A DNA stretch of 64,000 nt from Lama glama (Eukaryota). The stretch covers positions 83,702,001 to 83,766,000 of the forward strand of contig CM052816.1 in assembly GCA_028534125.1 (NCBI GenBank), in the 5' to 3' direction. Of the stretch, positions 27,668 to 41,783 are shown one piece after another (the first letter of the stretch is position 1; each line of letters opens with the position of its first letter). The translations under genes and the position numbers were made by a program. The notes below the pieces were generated by a model. That model saw only the letters and a program-made list of their open reading frames with translations, did not search any database and was not told the DNA's origin.

Positions 27668-27800
27668 TTTTTTTTTTTGCTATTTTTAGGGGGAGATAAT
27701 TAGATTTAATTAGATTTTTAAAAATACAGGTACTAGGGATTGAACCCAGGACCTTATGCATGCTAAGCATGCACTCTACCACTGAGCTACACCTTCTCCT
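27668..27800 (-). mobile_element. tRNA-derived camelid-type SINE
   Basis: Poly-T, gggggagataattag, then gggattgaacccaggaccttatgcatgctaagcatgcactctaccactgagctac; flanks share gaaaaa(a)tg. Confidence 0.92.
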
Positions 27801-28290
27801 GAAAAATGTGTATTTATTATCTTGTGAAATATTATAATCTAAATATCACCTACTCTTTGGGAATGTCTAATTAGTGTTGATTTCAAATGGAAATGAAAAA
27901 GTGTGGAAAAAATATAATGCTTAGTTACATGTATTTAATAAACATCCATTGCTGTGTCACTATTTGGGAAGATGACATATATATTAAGTCTTCAAATTAT
28001 TTATTGTTAGGATAAATCCAGTTACTCAGCTCTCTTCAGTCCTTAAACTTTATGCTGATGGTTGCCTGTACAGTGCATGGATAATTGTTACTTCTTTGAA
28101 GAATTCATTTAAATCTTCCTTAAAAAGAAAGATTTTAACATAAAAGGCAAAAAACATACTTCATTCTTTGTATCTCTTTAACATCTACTCAAAACAGAGC
28201 TTTCACTAATGGCCAGTAATGAATACCAACAAATTTTCTTTTTATCATTTGTCAAGGAAATATTAAATTAGGAAAATTATTTCAGATGTA

Positions 28291-28488
28291 TTTTTAAAAT
28301 TTTTATTTATTTTTTTAACATTTTTTATTGAGTTTTAGTCATTTGACAATGTTGTGTCAAATTCTAGTGTAGAGCTTAGTTTTTCAGTTATACATGAACA
28401 TCCATATATTCATTGTCACATTTTTTTTCGCTGTGAGCTACCACAAGATCTTGTATATATTTCCCTGTGCTATACAGTATAATCTTGT
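28291..28488 (-). mobile_element. L1 3' end (about 200 bp), same family as 8526-9569
   Basis: T-rich tail, ttttttattgag...gttgtgtcaaattc...atttccctgtgctatacagtataatcttgt. Confidence 0.9.
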
Positions 28489-28500
28489 AAAAAGAGCGAT

Positions 28501-28625
28501 ATTTTTGTTGGGGGGAAAGTAATTAGGTTTATTTATTTTTTTAATGGAGGTATTGGGGATTGAACCCAGGACCTCGTGCATGCTAGGCAGGTACAGTACC
28601 ACTGAGGTATACTCCCCCTCACACC
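28501..28625 (-). mobile_element. tRNA-derived camelid-type SINE directly 5' of the L1 piece
   Basis: ggggattgaacccaggacctcgtgcatgctaggc...accactgaggtatactcccc. Confidence 0.92.
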
Positions 28626-30929
28626 TTATTTCAGGTTTCTTGATAGTTAAAAATTATCTTTAATTATGTTGTTCAATTCTGAGCCCAAAATACCTGTTGA
28701 AGGTATGAAATTCATTATCTTTAGTCAAATAATTTGGTAAAAGGGGCCAAAGCTTGACTCAGTTATTCAATCATACTAATAATTTGGCATGAAAAGTGTG
28801 TAGAAAGCTTTTAGAACCCTCAATCTGGAAAAATGCAGGCACAGGTCACCAGTGTTCATGCATCACCTAGGCTGATAAGAAGGTGCTCCCTTGAGTACCA
28901 CGGAATTCAATCACTTAGCCATCTGGGAGCTTGAATCCAGAATGTAAACAGAATATACACAAACATCAGCTGTAGAGCTGGAAATGCCCTTCAGCAGACT
29001 CAGTTTAGTAAAGGCGCCAAAGACCTAGAATCCGAGAAGTAACTGCTTTTTACATTTGCTTGAACAAGTGTTCTGATCACTTTGCACTTTTGTTTTCTTA
29101 AATGTAAAAGTGAAATTATTGCCAGTTCTTATTCTCAAGTGCGAAATTGTATCTATATATTTATATTAGTTATTATTTTATTATCATTTAAATACATATA
29201 TATTACATTTTATTATTTAGCCATAAACACAATAAAGGTTAATAGAACTACTAACCACAATTTTCTTAATTCAGTTCATTCAGCACTTAAAGATATGAAT
29301 ATTTGAATATTATCATCGCAAGCCTTAACTCAAGTAGTGAATTTACTTATGACACTGAATATTCATTGAGAAATTGTTCCATTACTATGAAAATAATGAT
29401 GGTGATGGTAAAATGATAATGATGTGAAGGGGGAAAAGGAGGAAGTGGAGGATAAAGGAAAGCTCAGGGTTTTTGCTGTTCCGGGTTAACGAAGATAGTA
29501 AATAAACAATAATTATCCTCTGGTAGTGAAAAAAACACTTCTGTGTTTTTTATGATTATCAATGGAAAAATTTGCTCATTAAGAAATATAAAATAAAGTC
29601 GTATTCCTGAGGTAAGAAGTGTTTAGGTTCTAGACCTTTGTCTCTAACTAATTCAGATGGATTATGAAACAAACTGAAAGATAAAAACAGAAAAAATGAC
29701 AGCTCACCCAGACATGTGTAATGTTTCTGCATTAACAACCTTTAGGAATAGCTTTTTCTTTTTCCTTTTTTGTTTTGTTTTTATTTTTATAATAAGACTA
29801 AATAATATGACAATCAAATGGGAAGCCCAGCCATAATGTTTTAATGATTATATTAACAAAGAAGATATTTTTATTAGGTATCCTAAAGAAATCTCAGATC
29901 TGGTCAGAAGATGTGTCTGTTAACTATTTTAAATTCATTTATTTGAATGATATTTTAACAATTACCCAAAATATGTTAGTTCTAAGCAATCATATATTTT
30001 CTTTCATTGGAAGTTAAAGACCTAATATTGACAAGAGCTATATTTAAAGATGTTATTTATACTGTCTCACTATATTATGAGAATAATCACATGAGTATTC
30101 TACATAAAGTATGTTACATTAATATGTAAATACACACATACACACACCCCAGATGTATATAATATGTATAATATATTCATTGTACATATACATCATATAA
30201 ATGGGATACAGAAAGAATATACCCTGAAATATGAACTGTTATTAAATTTAACTTTTAAATCTGTAAGAAAATAATTTTTTGATATAATGTTATATCATCA
30301 ATGAGGTACAGTGAAAATTTACTTTATTTTACAGTAGGAATAATTTTCCTGGCTAAAGAATAAACATTACTTATCGGTGTCCATGTCTATTGTAGTTTTA
30401 AATAATTCAAATATTTGATCTATTTTCTATTCATTCATTACTTCATGTATTCATCATTAATGTATTTATTCAGCACAAAACTCAGCATGGTGATCATAAA
30501 CACATGATAGGGGAAATGTGTATAAGAAATGCAATGAATTTAATCAAATCTATGACTTGAAGTGTACAAAATGGTAGTAAATATATATTTACACATGATT
30601 TTTTTTCCTGTAGAGCTAGTAGGCAAAATAAATAGGCGATTTTTGGAAGGAAATTTTTGATAAACATATCACAGGGATTGGTGGTGTAGTAGAGATGGCA
30701 TTTAACAAAATCATTACACTCTGTACAAGCCATAATATCACCTCAGTGCCTCCTTAGTAAGCCATAAATTTAAAACAGGGCAACATTTTTCAGTGGGTTG
30801 CCAGATAAAACAGAACATTTTCCACAGAAGGAATGCCTTAAGAAATTGTTTGCAGGAAAGATCTAACCCATTCAGACAAAATAAGCCATCTTGTCAAAAG
30901 TACTTACTCTAAGCCTTCCAGAACGTCTT

Positions 30930-32530
30930 GTAAATGCAACCATGCAGCATGTAAATTTGATAAGATTGGCTTCTTTCACTCAAAACAATGATTCTGAGAT
31001 TTATTCAAGTTGTTGCAAGTATCAATGGTTGATGATTTCTTACTGCTAAGTAGCTTTCCCTTGTGTGGACATGCCACATTTCACATAATCAAATCACTTA
31101 AGAGCAGTACATTCATTAAAGAACATTTGCGTTATTTCTGTTGTTTGGCAAATATGAATAAAACTGTCCTCAATATTTGCATACACAATTTAGCGTGAAC
31201 ATGATCTTTCATTTCTGTAGGGAAAATATGTAGGCGGGAATTGCTGGGTTATGTGGTAAGTGTATGCTTAACTTTACAAGGAATGGCCAAGCTGTTTTTC
31301 AGAATGTCTGTACCGTTTTTCATTCCTGCTAGAAATGTATGAGAGTTCTAGCTGTTCTGCATCTTTGTCAAGCTTTGGTACTGTCAGCGTTGTGGGTCAT
31401 CTTTGTTTTTGTTTCACTTTTTAATTTTGTCTATTCTAATAGGTATATAGTGGTATCTCATCGTGGTTTTATTTTGAATTCCTCAATGGTAATAATAAGC
31501 AAGCATTTTTTTCATGTTCTCATCTGCCAGCTATGTATCTTTTTTTGTGGAGTGTATGCTGAAGTACTTTGATCATTTTAAAAATTGGTTTTAAATTTAT
31601 CTTTGATTTTGAGAGGTCTTTACATATTTTGCATACATGTCCTTTGTCAGATATGCAGTTTTCTCTGAATCTATAGATTATTCCTTCATTCTCTTTACAG
31701 TGTCTTTCACAGAGCAATTTTTTTTTATTTTTATTAAAACCAATTTGTCAGATGTTTTTTCTTCTTTTATCAATCTATTTTTGATATGTCTAAGAATTCT
31801 TTGCCTAACCAAATATCATGGAGATTTTTTTTCTATGTTTACTTCTTAAAATGTTATAGTTTTATTCTTCATATTTAGATCTATTTTAGTTAACTTTTCA
31901 TAAGGTGTGACGTCCAGGTCAATATACTTTTATTGCATAATAATGTCCAATTGCTCCAGCAGCATTTGTTGAAAAGACTATATTTTCTCTATTTAAATAC
32001 CTTTGTAAATTTGGTGATAATTAATTATTCATAGTTGAGTAGGTCTATTTCTAGACTCTGTTTTGTTTAATTATTGTATTTTGGGATTTCCTTGTCTATT
32101 TTTACAGTAAGTTCTACTAGGATTTTAATTAAATTTGTATAAATCTATAGATCAGTTCATGTAGAATTGATTTCTTTAAAATATTGAGCTTTCCAATAGC
32201 CAGTTGTCCATGACTAACAACAGACTACATCTCATCATTTATTTAAGATGACTTTTTTATTACTTAAAAAAATTTTAGTATATATATATCATGTATATGT
32301 TTTGCTTGGTTTACACCTAAGTATTTCATTTCAGATATATATACATACATATATGTTATCACTATACATCTATCTTTCCACATGTCTATATATATTTCAT
32401 TTTCAAATTATTCATTGCTTGCATATAATATCATGATTATTTTGTATATTGTGTTTATATCATATGCCCTGGTTAAATTAACTAACTGGGTTTAAGGAGT
32501 TATTCTGAGAATTCCTCACAATTTTTAGAT
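30930..32530 (-). mobile_element. Old L1 (L1MB/L1MC-like) ORF2 end and 3' UTR, decayed
   Basis: attgctgggttatgtggtaagtgtatg, tgtatgagagttctag, gtggtatctcatcgtggttt, ccagcagcatttgttgaaaagacta are characteristic antisense L1 motifs. Confidence 0.85.
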
Positions 32531-32574
32531 GAGTAATAACATGCTATCTTAAGCCAAGCTGGTACAGAAGAGGT

Positions 32575-33000
32575 TTTACAATCTTTGTTAAGGTTGAACA
32601 TTCACCTGTGAACACTAATTTAACTTCTGTGCATATATTTTAGAGAAAATTTGTACAAATATCCCAGAAGATAGAGAATGGATTATTTATCACAGTAGTG
32701 TTTACAATAGCAGACATTAGGAAAGATCTAGATTTCAGAATTGCACTGCATTTGTACAATAAATTATTACACAGCATTGAACAAGGAACCACGTAAAACA
32801 CACCAGTGAAGTTCATGAACACATCTTCAGGCAAACACAGCATGTTGTAGAAATTTGCTTTCAGGATGAAATCCTATGAAACATACAGAACACGTGATAG
32901 TGTACCATACGCTCAAGGACACAATCACGCACTGTTAAATTATGATGCCTAGGAATAAACATGATCATTAACATATACTCTACCTGCGAGTATAGTACAA
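32575..33000 (+). mobile_element. Very old L1ME-like 3' fragment
   Basis: 'aaggttgaacattcac...ttagagaaaatttgtaca...tttatcacagtagtgtttacaatagc'. Confidence 0.5.
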
Positions 33001-34137
33001 AGCGAACTGTTGTTTAGATTTTGCATAATGGTTGATTGTTTAAGGTAGATAGTAAGCAACAGTTGTTCCTTACATTTGTTTTGTGTCATACTATTTTAAA
33101 AATAATTATAAAAATATCACAAATACCATGTCTGTAATTCTATAAAGCATCTATTAAAACTAAACTAAAGCTATTGGACATCACAGATGTCAGACATAAC
33201 TTTCTAAGATACTTTCCACTTCTGCTTCTTCAGCATTGTCATTGCTTTATCAATGAATAATAGCCCATGGAAAAAGATTCTCATCAATAAAAAGTCTGGA
33301 GAGCAACATTTCTCTCACACAGAAACCCCAAATGCCACTATTTAGCTCTTCCAGATTGACTATATTTCAGGGCAGATAACAGCAGCATTTATCATTTGTG
33401 GCTAAAAGGTTGGTTAAAGTGGTTCTCCTACACAGGACAGAAGAAGAAATGGTTTACGAATTGATTGATGCATCACATAAAATACCATCAGTGACAGGCT
33501 ATATAACTGCCAATTGTCAGTGATTAGCAAATTTACTGAGGAAAGGCTACCTCAGTAAGAGAAATAAAACAATAACATCTGAACTTACAAGCATAGAGTC
33601 ACGGACACTTACGGGGAAACAGAGATGTTGTCAGTGATCTTTTGGAGGGGCATCAGACCATCAAGTAACTTCTTTTTCAAACATTGGTATTTGCTATCAG
33701 TGACCAGTATATTTACCTACACACACACACACCTGAAACCTATTGTATTACTTAGGGCTGAATGAATCAATGTTTTGTGATATTTTATTCATAGAATCTA
33801 TAAAACAGAATAAAGACTTTTAAGAAAGATAATAAAATGTTCATAAGAAAAATTGCTAAAATGCATAGCCATTATTCCATGGGAACTCAGGGAGTTTAGA
33901 AAGACTTTATAATAGTGTGAGTATGAATTTCCTAAGTGGTAAAAGAAGGGGAAGTGGACCAGACAGAAGACATGATCTATGGGGGAAACACAACATGGAG
34001 AAATGTTATGTCAGTTGATGTGGCATAGAGGATATAGAAGTGGTAAGTGCTTCTAAATGATTAGTTTAGTTCTGGTCAGAAAGATTTTGACGCTGTGCAA
34101 AGAAATCCCATCTGTCCTGTATACAATGCAAAAATTA

Positions 34138-34470
34138 TTAAAAGACGACCCTAACTAAACAGAATTGGGAGCCTAGAAGGGAGAGCTCCCACGCTTTATG
34201 ACGAAAGACAGCCAAGCCCAACAGGAAGAAGAAAGATTTCCTTCTCTGACTAAAGCTCAGCCAATGAGAGACTGGCATACCTCAGCCAATGAAAAGCCAG
34301 GGACTCTTTGTCTCCTCTAACTCTCCAACATCTTTCCCCCTCTATAAAAGAGTTGTCCTCTCCATTTTTGCAGGGAATTTGTATGTGGCTCACCATGGAT
34401 GCAGACTCCGAACTGCAATTGTTTGAATAAATTTAAATAAAGCTGATCCTGAATAAACCCATCTGTGACT
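34138..34470 (+). mobile_element. ERV1-like solo LTR
   Basis: Two ctcagccaatga boxes, ctctataaaag TATA, 'ctgatcctgaataaacccatct' polyA region. Confidence 0.75.
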
Positions 34471-34815
34471 CAAGCTCAGTAAGCACATTTTGGAGTAGAT
34501 AACATGTAAGTAAAATTACGTTGTTTTATACCTCTGCCACAAGTAAGGCATTTTTATAGCAAGGTTTTTTTTTCAAAAATTTTACTTTTAGTTGGCCTTT
34601 ATTAAATTGTACTATTCCTACTTTTCCTTTTAGCTGTCTATATACACTCAAGTTTATATTAACCATCAAGTTTTGTTGATATATTTAGAATCAGTCGTCT
34701 TCCCTACGTACTCACTTGCTTCAACTATCTTGCTTAAGCCTCTCAGCTTATGGTGATTACGGTAATAGCTCCCTAACTGAATTTATCTGAAACTAGCAAC
34801 TTCCTACTTCTAATC

Positions 34816-35036
34816 CGTGGTTTCTCTACCTCTCACCTATGACGTTTTGGATGGATAATTGTCTGTGGCTGTGGGTGTCTGCCCTGTGCACTGTAGGGTA
34901 TTTAGTTGCATCTCTGGCCTTTATACATGAGATGCCAGTAACACCTCCACGCCCCCCAGTTCTGACAATCAAAAATGTCCCCAGATGTTGCTACATGTTC
35001 CCTGGGGAGCAGCATTGCCTCCCTGGAGAAATAGTG
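34816..35036 (+). mobile_element. MER20 hAT-Charlie MITE, full length
   Basis: gtggtttctc...ctgccctgtgcactgtaggg...gatgccagtaacacc...tgacaatcaaaaatgtccccaga; 8-bp flanks ttctaatc/ttctaacc. Confidence 0.85.
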
Positions 35037-35575
35037 TTCTAACCCACTATCCACATTGCAATGTGCAATATCTTTAAGAACACAGAGTTGATTATGGCTC
35101 TTCCTAAAGGTTTCCTGAATTTTTCAATGAAATGTCCAAATCTGTGACCCTGAAATAAAGTGTTTCATGACTTTGTTCCTGTGTTTCCCTTCGGCCATCT
35201 TTCTGTTAATGGTATACCCTCCACTCCACTTGCGTCTTGTTGCAAAGCAAACCAACTGCTCCCAGGTCCCTGTTGTCCTTTTCTTTTTTTTTTTTTTCCC
35301 CCAGTGTCTTATCCTGCTGCCACCTCTGCCTGAAACATATTTACCTGCAACCTTTTTCAAGTGAATAAATTCACTAAACCCTTGAAATTGAACCTGGGCG
35401 TCACTTTCTCTTGGGAGACTTCTCTTGTGCCTCAGGCCTGGTTGGGCATTTGCTGACTGTCTTGAAACATTTTGTCCTATAAGTATTAGGTTTTGCCAAC
35501 TTGGCTCATGTCTGAAGCTGACTTACTAAGCTCTCTCAGGGGAGGGAAACAATGTTATTTGTTTTTCTTCCTAGA

Positions 35576-36021
35576 TGTTAGAAGCATCCCTCAAAAAGAC
35601 TTGACTGTCAGTTGACCAGCAAGCTGGACCCAGGCAATGGAAGACCCCCTACCCACTCCTCTGTCCTTAGATAATGAGTGCCATTTGCCTTCCCTGCTTC
35701 TAGAAAGCTCTTCCAAGGAGTCTTGAGATTTGACATGCAGTGTTGAGACTGTCTGGACATGGCACATGACTGAATCCAGTTGAGGTATCTATATCTTCTC
35801 TATACATTTTAAAGATCCTGGCAGGTGGGTGCAGAGCTCTACGCTTCTTACAGCCACCCAAGAGAAGCCTTATGAGTAAGTTCCCTTGCTTCTTACCCTG
35901 CCACTTACCAACCTGGAGTGGTCTGCCTCTTTCTTCCACCTCTGCCCTCTGCATGGGTAGGGAAGGCAGGGCTGGGTTTTGACTGTACCTGGGCAGTTCC
36001 TGAGTAGTTTGCAGAGCAACA
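35576..36021 (+). mobile_element. Solo LTR (ERV class uncertain)
   Basis: tgtta...caaca ends, flanks ctaga/ctagc, 'gtaagttcccttgct...ctgccacttaccaacctggagtggtctgcctctttc'. Confidence 0.8.
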
Positions 36022-37428
36022 CTAGCATTCAGCATAACTCAGATGTATTGAAATAAAGTCAGTCAGATAGGACATATTTTGTAACCATTCAGCTTTACAT
36101 GATAAAAACTAAAGCCAGGAACGTAGTAAAGCATAAATTAAATTACACAGCAGCGTAATTATTTATTTTTCCTATTAGAGTTCATAGTAGGGTTTTATTC
36201 TCTTATAAGTTATCTGATGAGTCATTTATAAGATCACTGATCATTTAAAAAATTAAAGTAAAATATATAAAGAGAAAAGAGAGAGAGAAGGAAAGGAGAG
36301 AGTGAGAGAGAGAACATGAAACAGAATAATTATGCACTAGAAATATAATCATTGCAATTGTACATTCAATATGAATTCAGACCCCGAACCCTTGAATTCC
36401 CATAAGACCTCATGATTCAAGGAGCACTTATTACTGAATACTCATTCCCTCTGAATTTACCCCTCATTTATTACTGTTTATTTTGTTAATTAGCAATAGG
36501 CTAACACTTGTGTATTTGTTACTTACAGTTATGACTGATCTTACATTAAAGTCATGCAGTCCCACTACCTCCCCAAATTTGTAAGCCCTTCAAGAGCAGG
36601 TTCTGTCAGAGGCCTTGCATTTATCTCAAATAACAAAAATAAATGTCTGATAGTGAAAATAATATGTATATAATTTTCAATTAATTTTTTACATGACAAA
36701 GAAAAATTACCGTGTTGGAATTTTTCCATTAAGTTCAATCTGAAAAGACAAGAATCTTTTTCAAGGCAACATTTAAATCACTTTGAGATAACTTATTCTT
36801 ATGGAAATACTATTTTTTCCTGATAATGAAAAAAAAATCCACAAAACGCTACTTTTAGTGTTTCACTGTTTTTAATTTCTCTATAGACTAGTAAATCATG
36901 CAAATTAAATATGAAAGTACTTTACTAACAGAATTTAAAGCTGCCAATTTTGAAAAATGTATATTTTAATAGAATAAAACAGTATTTTATGAGTGTAAGT
37001 GTTCCTATCTTAAAAATAACTAGGAATATTTTAATAAACTCAAAAATAAAAGCCTATTAAAAGATTGTATTTAGCTAATACAATAAATCATATATTCTTT
37101 ATTGTTTCATGATGCTATTTTAATGCAATATAGCAGTATTTTGAGCTTATAAAAGAATCTGAGCTTTTAATCAGTCAGAATTATTACATGTATATTATCA
37201 CCCAAAAGAAACCCCTGTATATGTGTATTACAAGTAAAAATTTTATATCTTATGGGAAATAGTACCCTCTTCAAGGTTTTTAATGTTTATAATAAAACTT
37301 ATGAAATAAAGTTATCTCAATATTAGCATTTTTCTCTCTAATGATAAGTATAGTTGCAGCTTTTGGTATGTCCTTCCAGATCTTGTGTGTATTTTAGGAG
37401 TGTTTGCCCAAAAAGGTCTCATATTACT

Positions 37429-37933
37429 TGTGACAGATTACAAAAAATGCCTTCGCAGGTATCAAGTCCTAATCCCTGGAACACGTAAATGGTACCTTTT
37501 TGGAAAAAAGACCTGTTGCAGATATTAATAAAGATCTTCTGATGGGGAAATCATTCTGAATTATCCAGGCAGGCCCTAAATGCAATCATATGTATTCTCA
37601 TAAGAGAGAGGAAGAGGAGGAAGAGAGAGATTTGACACAAGGAAGGGAGAAGGCAACTGAAGATGAGCAGAAAGAGATTTGAAGATATGGTTTTGAGATT
37701 GTAGTGATGCAGCCATGAGCCAAGGAGTGCCAGTCAGCCACCAGAAACTGAAGGTGGGAGGAACGGATTCTCCTCTAGAGTCTCTGGAGGAAATGTATAT
37801 CCACTGACCCTTTGATTTGGCCCCAGAAAATACTTTGTATTCTGGCTTCCAGAATTGCAAAGAATAAGTTTCTGTTGTTTTAAGCCACCAGGCTTGTTAT
37901 AATTTGCTATAGCAGCCACGTGACATTAACACA
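37429..37933 (+). mobile_element. MLT1C/MLT1D-like MaLR solo LTR
   Basis: gtcctaatccctggaac, gccctaaatgcaatca, gccatgagccaaggagtgcc, gattctcctctagag, ttctgttgttttaagccacca. Confidence 0.9.
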
Positions 37934-38416
37934 CTGCTGGTAAAATCTAATTTAAAAATAAATTATACTTTGTGGGCATATTTTATTTGATACTGGAAAG
38001 TTCTTGTTCTTACTGAGAAATATAAAAAGTGCTTTTATGTTATGGTAATATTTCTACACTTTTTTAAAGTTAGGTATGAATTTATCAACTTCATTCATAG
38101 TTTCTTAAACATAAAATTGCTTGACATATAAACCTTTAAAATCTGAGAGATTCTGTCCAATTGCTAACCAAAATTATGGTTGGAAACTACATTTGCAACA
38201 GAAATACCTATTTCTTCACATAGTAAACAAAAGTGGGCATAATCAGTTTTAAGAATAAATAAATCTACCTCTATTTATGATGATGTGCATTTTGAAATTC
38301 ATATAAGCTTCTTTATTATGTATTTATTAGCAATTTATATACATTTATCAAAATATCATCAATAAGAACAGAAAATAGAATACTCCCTCTGATAGTGAGA
38401 TAATTATTATAAATCA

Positions 38417-38602
38417 TATTTATTGAGATATAATTGAAATATAAATATTAACCAATTTTTAATTTACAAATTAATGAGTTTTGACTGATATATACAATAT
38501 TGTGACTTCTACCGCAATCATAATATAGATGACTTCTATGACTCTAACATGCTCTCTTATCCTTTTCTAGTCAATAACCTTCTCCATTCCCCAAAACAAC
38601 TG
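38417..38602 (-). mobile_element. L1MB/MC-like 3' end
   Basis: 'tttattgagatataattg...atgagttttgac...accgcaatcataatatag'. Confidence 0.7.
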
Positions 38603-41600
38603 GGAGATGGGCTTTTTCCTTAAGTATTACAACTTTGAAACACAGACTCAGATAAATTTTATTATATATGTGTATATATATAGCATATGGCACATATGTA
38701 ATAAAGATTATAAAGACATTTATATAAATAAAGTCAAGTATTTAAATTAAAAAAAATTAAAGCTGGCTGTTATACCTTAAGATAATTTAAATTGAAAAGA
38801 CATACACTATTCCATTGTGTTTACAAATCAACTGAAAAAAAATTCTTAAATTTCTGTCCTGTGGTTGGGAGTAAGTTGAGGAGAAAGGGAATTCACCATT
38901 CTGTCATTTTCGCCCCACCCCCAACAGGATCCACTAACGTATATAAGGTATAACCAAAAATTTTATCTGAGACTTGATCTTTGTGTTTTACATTGGGGTA
39001 TTATAGATTTTCAAGGTTTTATTGCATAATGTCCATAGCACATATACAAGTGTGGTTATAGATAGGAACAAGCTTTAAAAACAATTGCAATAAAATATTG
39101 ATAGCAATAGTGAAAAGTTTCCTAGTAATGCCCAAAGCTAAAGACTAATAAGATCAAGAAATAATTGATACAGTTTTTCCATCCCCAGGGTCTTAATTTC
39201 TAACACTTGCTTGAGGAGATCTTTGTTTTTCCTTAATATCTCTTCTACTTTTGTTAGAAAACATGTTGACTTTCATTTTCAGATGTTCTCAAACTTAAGT
39301 AATTGCATTTTCTGTCATTATGTTTTTACAAAGAGTACAGTTTAATGAAACTCCTTGCCAGGTTGAAATACACACATACTAAAAATTTTAACAAGAAATG
39401 CAGTGGTCTATATATTTATTTTTAAACTATTATGTAACTATTATTATTTTTAACTATTTAAACTTATTTGCAAGGTATGTATATATGTATGCATGTATTT
39501 GTGTTGGATGTATGCAAATTTATATGTACACATGTATGTACCTGTATATGTATAATTCATATAACAAATAAACATATTTATATGTGTGTGTACCTAGGAC
39601 ACATATAAAATATATACTATATGTAAAATCTACAAATATATTTCTATTAAAGAAATATTAAATATCTGACTATTTGAATATTGTTTAACTTCAGATGAGC
39701 CAAGAAAAATTATATTCCTTTTAATTTCCACATATCTTCCCATCAATCCTTCAAAATTAATTACAAAATTTTCGTTAGAACTAAAAACTTTAGTCTCCAC
39801 TGTAAATCACACTTTTTGATGTTCTTTTTTGTTTTCCCCCACATACACCATCGACTATTTTTATAAGTACATCTCTTTGTTTTCTAGGTCCATTAGTAAA
39901 GCATCTGATCATATTTTAAACATTTTATAAATTATTCTCAATAGATTTCTTACTGTTCTAGTTTATTTGTGTCCTTTAACAAAATATCTTTATTATATTA
40001 CTCTAGAAACATTGATCTTCCAGAGGGTACTAATGTGTTAAATCTGCACATAAATCAAGTTTAGAAACATAACATCATTTTGCCATTGAGGGTAGATGAA
40101 AATCCTTCCTAATTAAAACCTCCTAACTTCAGTATATTTGTCCTTACATCTGTATATTTTTAATAAGACCTCAATTTTAAGAGGCATCTATTAAAAATTG
40201 GGATGAAAGAAGTGAAATGCTTAAAGAAGAGACTTGGATAAGTTGAGAGACTGAGGACATCTCTGGGTATATGTCTCAGCTAGAGCCATAAAGATGTGTT
40301 TGGGACATTAAAAATATAGAACTAAGATCAGGAGTAGTACAGAAAGAAAAGGAAAAAAAAAAAAGAAAATGAAATTAATTATATAGTAATTTGCAACAGA
40401 TTCAGTAGTCAGTGCCTGAATTTTTTGTCATGAGGTCTGAATTATCTGATACTAGAGTTTATATTTAGACTATGATGTGAAATCCGTATTATTAGTATCT
40501 GGTGAAATTTATGACAATAGCCTTGAATAAGTACAATTGAGAATTCACTCACTTATCCCTGTACCTATTTTTGCTATTGCTCTTTGTGTGTCCAATCTCA
40601 GATTCTCTCACCTTCTCACAGACAACATTGCGTTTTATTATCAAGACTTTCTCTATACTGGGTACTTCTCACAAATCACACTAATATCTCCTTTTTTAAC
40701 ACACTTACATATGCAGAGTTTTGTTTTTCCTTGACTCACATCACTTATAGTCACTGATCACTTTTTGTGCTTCACAAAATAACATCTCTGAGGAGTTTCC
40801 TACACCTGCTCCAGCCTACACCTAGTCACAGGTCAACCTATGATAGTGAAAATTTCATTCTTTCTGGGCCACTCACTGAAACAATTTCTGCCAGTGTCAC
40901 AAATACCTCCAAAGGATAGTTTTATTTTGAAATTTTCAGTCAGATTATCTCAATCTACCATATAAAGCCTTTTTTTCTGACTGACCTTCATCCTAGAATT
41001 AAACCTAAGCTCCTCGTTTGAGCCCAGAAGGAGTCACAGTTTGGCTCTTGAGACTTTGCATCTCATGTCATCTTATTCTTCTCCCGTTCACTAAGAGCTA
41101 CCACACTGACATCCATTGTTTGCCTCAAAATCCTAGAATCAGAAAATTGAAAAAAAAATGCTCATGTTATTACCAAGGGTGGAATGGCTTTCATTTTCAC
41201 TATTTTCTCATCCAATTATGTAAGCCTAGAAAGATTTGGAATGATTTTTTTTATCTGCCAATTCTTCATTACAATGTTAGCCTTAGAGGATGCCACTGGC
41301 ATTTTACAGCAATTTGCTTCACTCTTGTGAAGGGAAAAATGCCAAACCAACCCCAGGAAAAATAATTGTGCTAGTGGGAATTTAGCTAGAACTGAGCTAT
41401 TTCAAATTGCCAAAATTCAGAGAACATGTATGATTTTTTAAAAAGAAAATTCAGCAATCTTTGTGTAAATGACATTTAAAGGAATAAAGCCTATGATGAT
41501 GATAATGATGATGATGTTACTTATATCCTGACTCTCCCAGTGTTAACAATTTTTGAGGGATAAAATATTTCAACAACCTGTGTCAAAGACAGTGAAGTTC

Positions 41601-41712
41601 CAGATATTTTGGGTGTCCAATGTTTCTATTAATGATTGGATTTTGTTGTGAGCTGATCTAGTCCTTAGATGCCTGCAATAATACCAGGTAATCCCTGGAC
41701 AACAGAACTGGT

Positions 41713-41783
<71 letters not shown>

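Larger units (their letters stand above)
34690..36065 (+). mobile_element. L2 fragment split by MER20 and an LTR
   Basis: 'gattacggtaatagctccctaactg', 'ctgccacctctgcctgaaac', 'ctaagctctctcaggggaggg'; resumes after the LTR at 36022. Confidence 0.55.

Noticed and set aside
35700..36035. 111-aa minus-strand ORF
   Set aside because: Lies antisense within a solo LTR; no recognisable domain.
36391..36423. Hairpin ccttgaat...attcaagg
   Set aside because: An 8-bp stem is expected by chance in AT-rich DNA.
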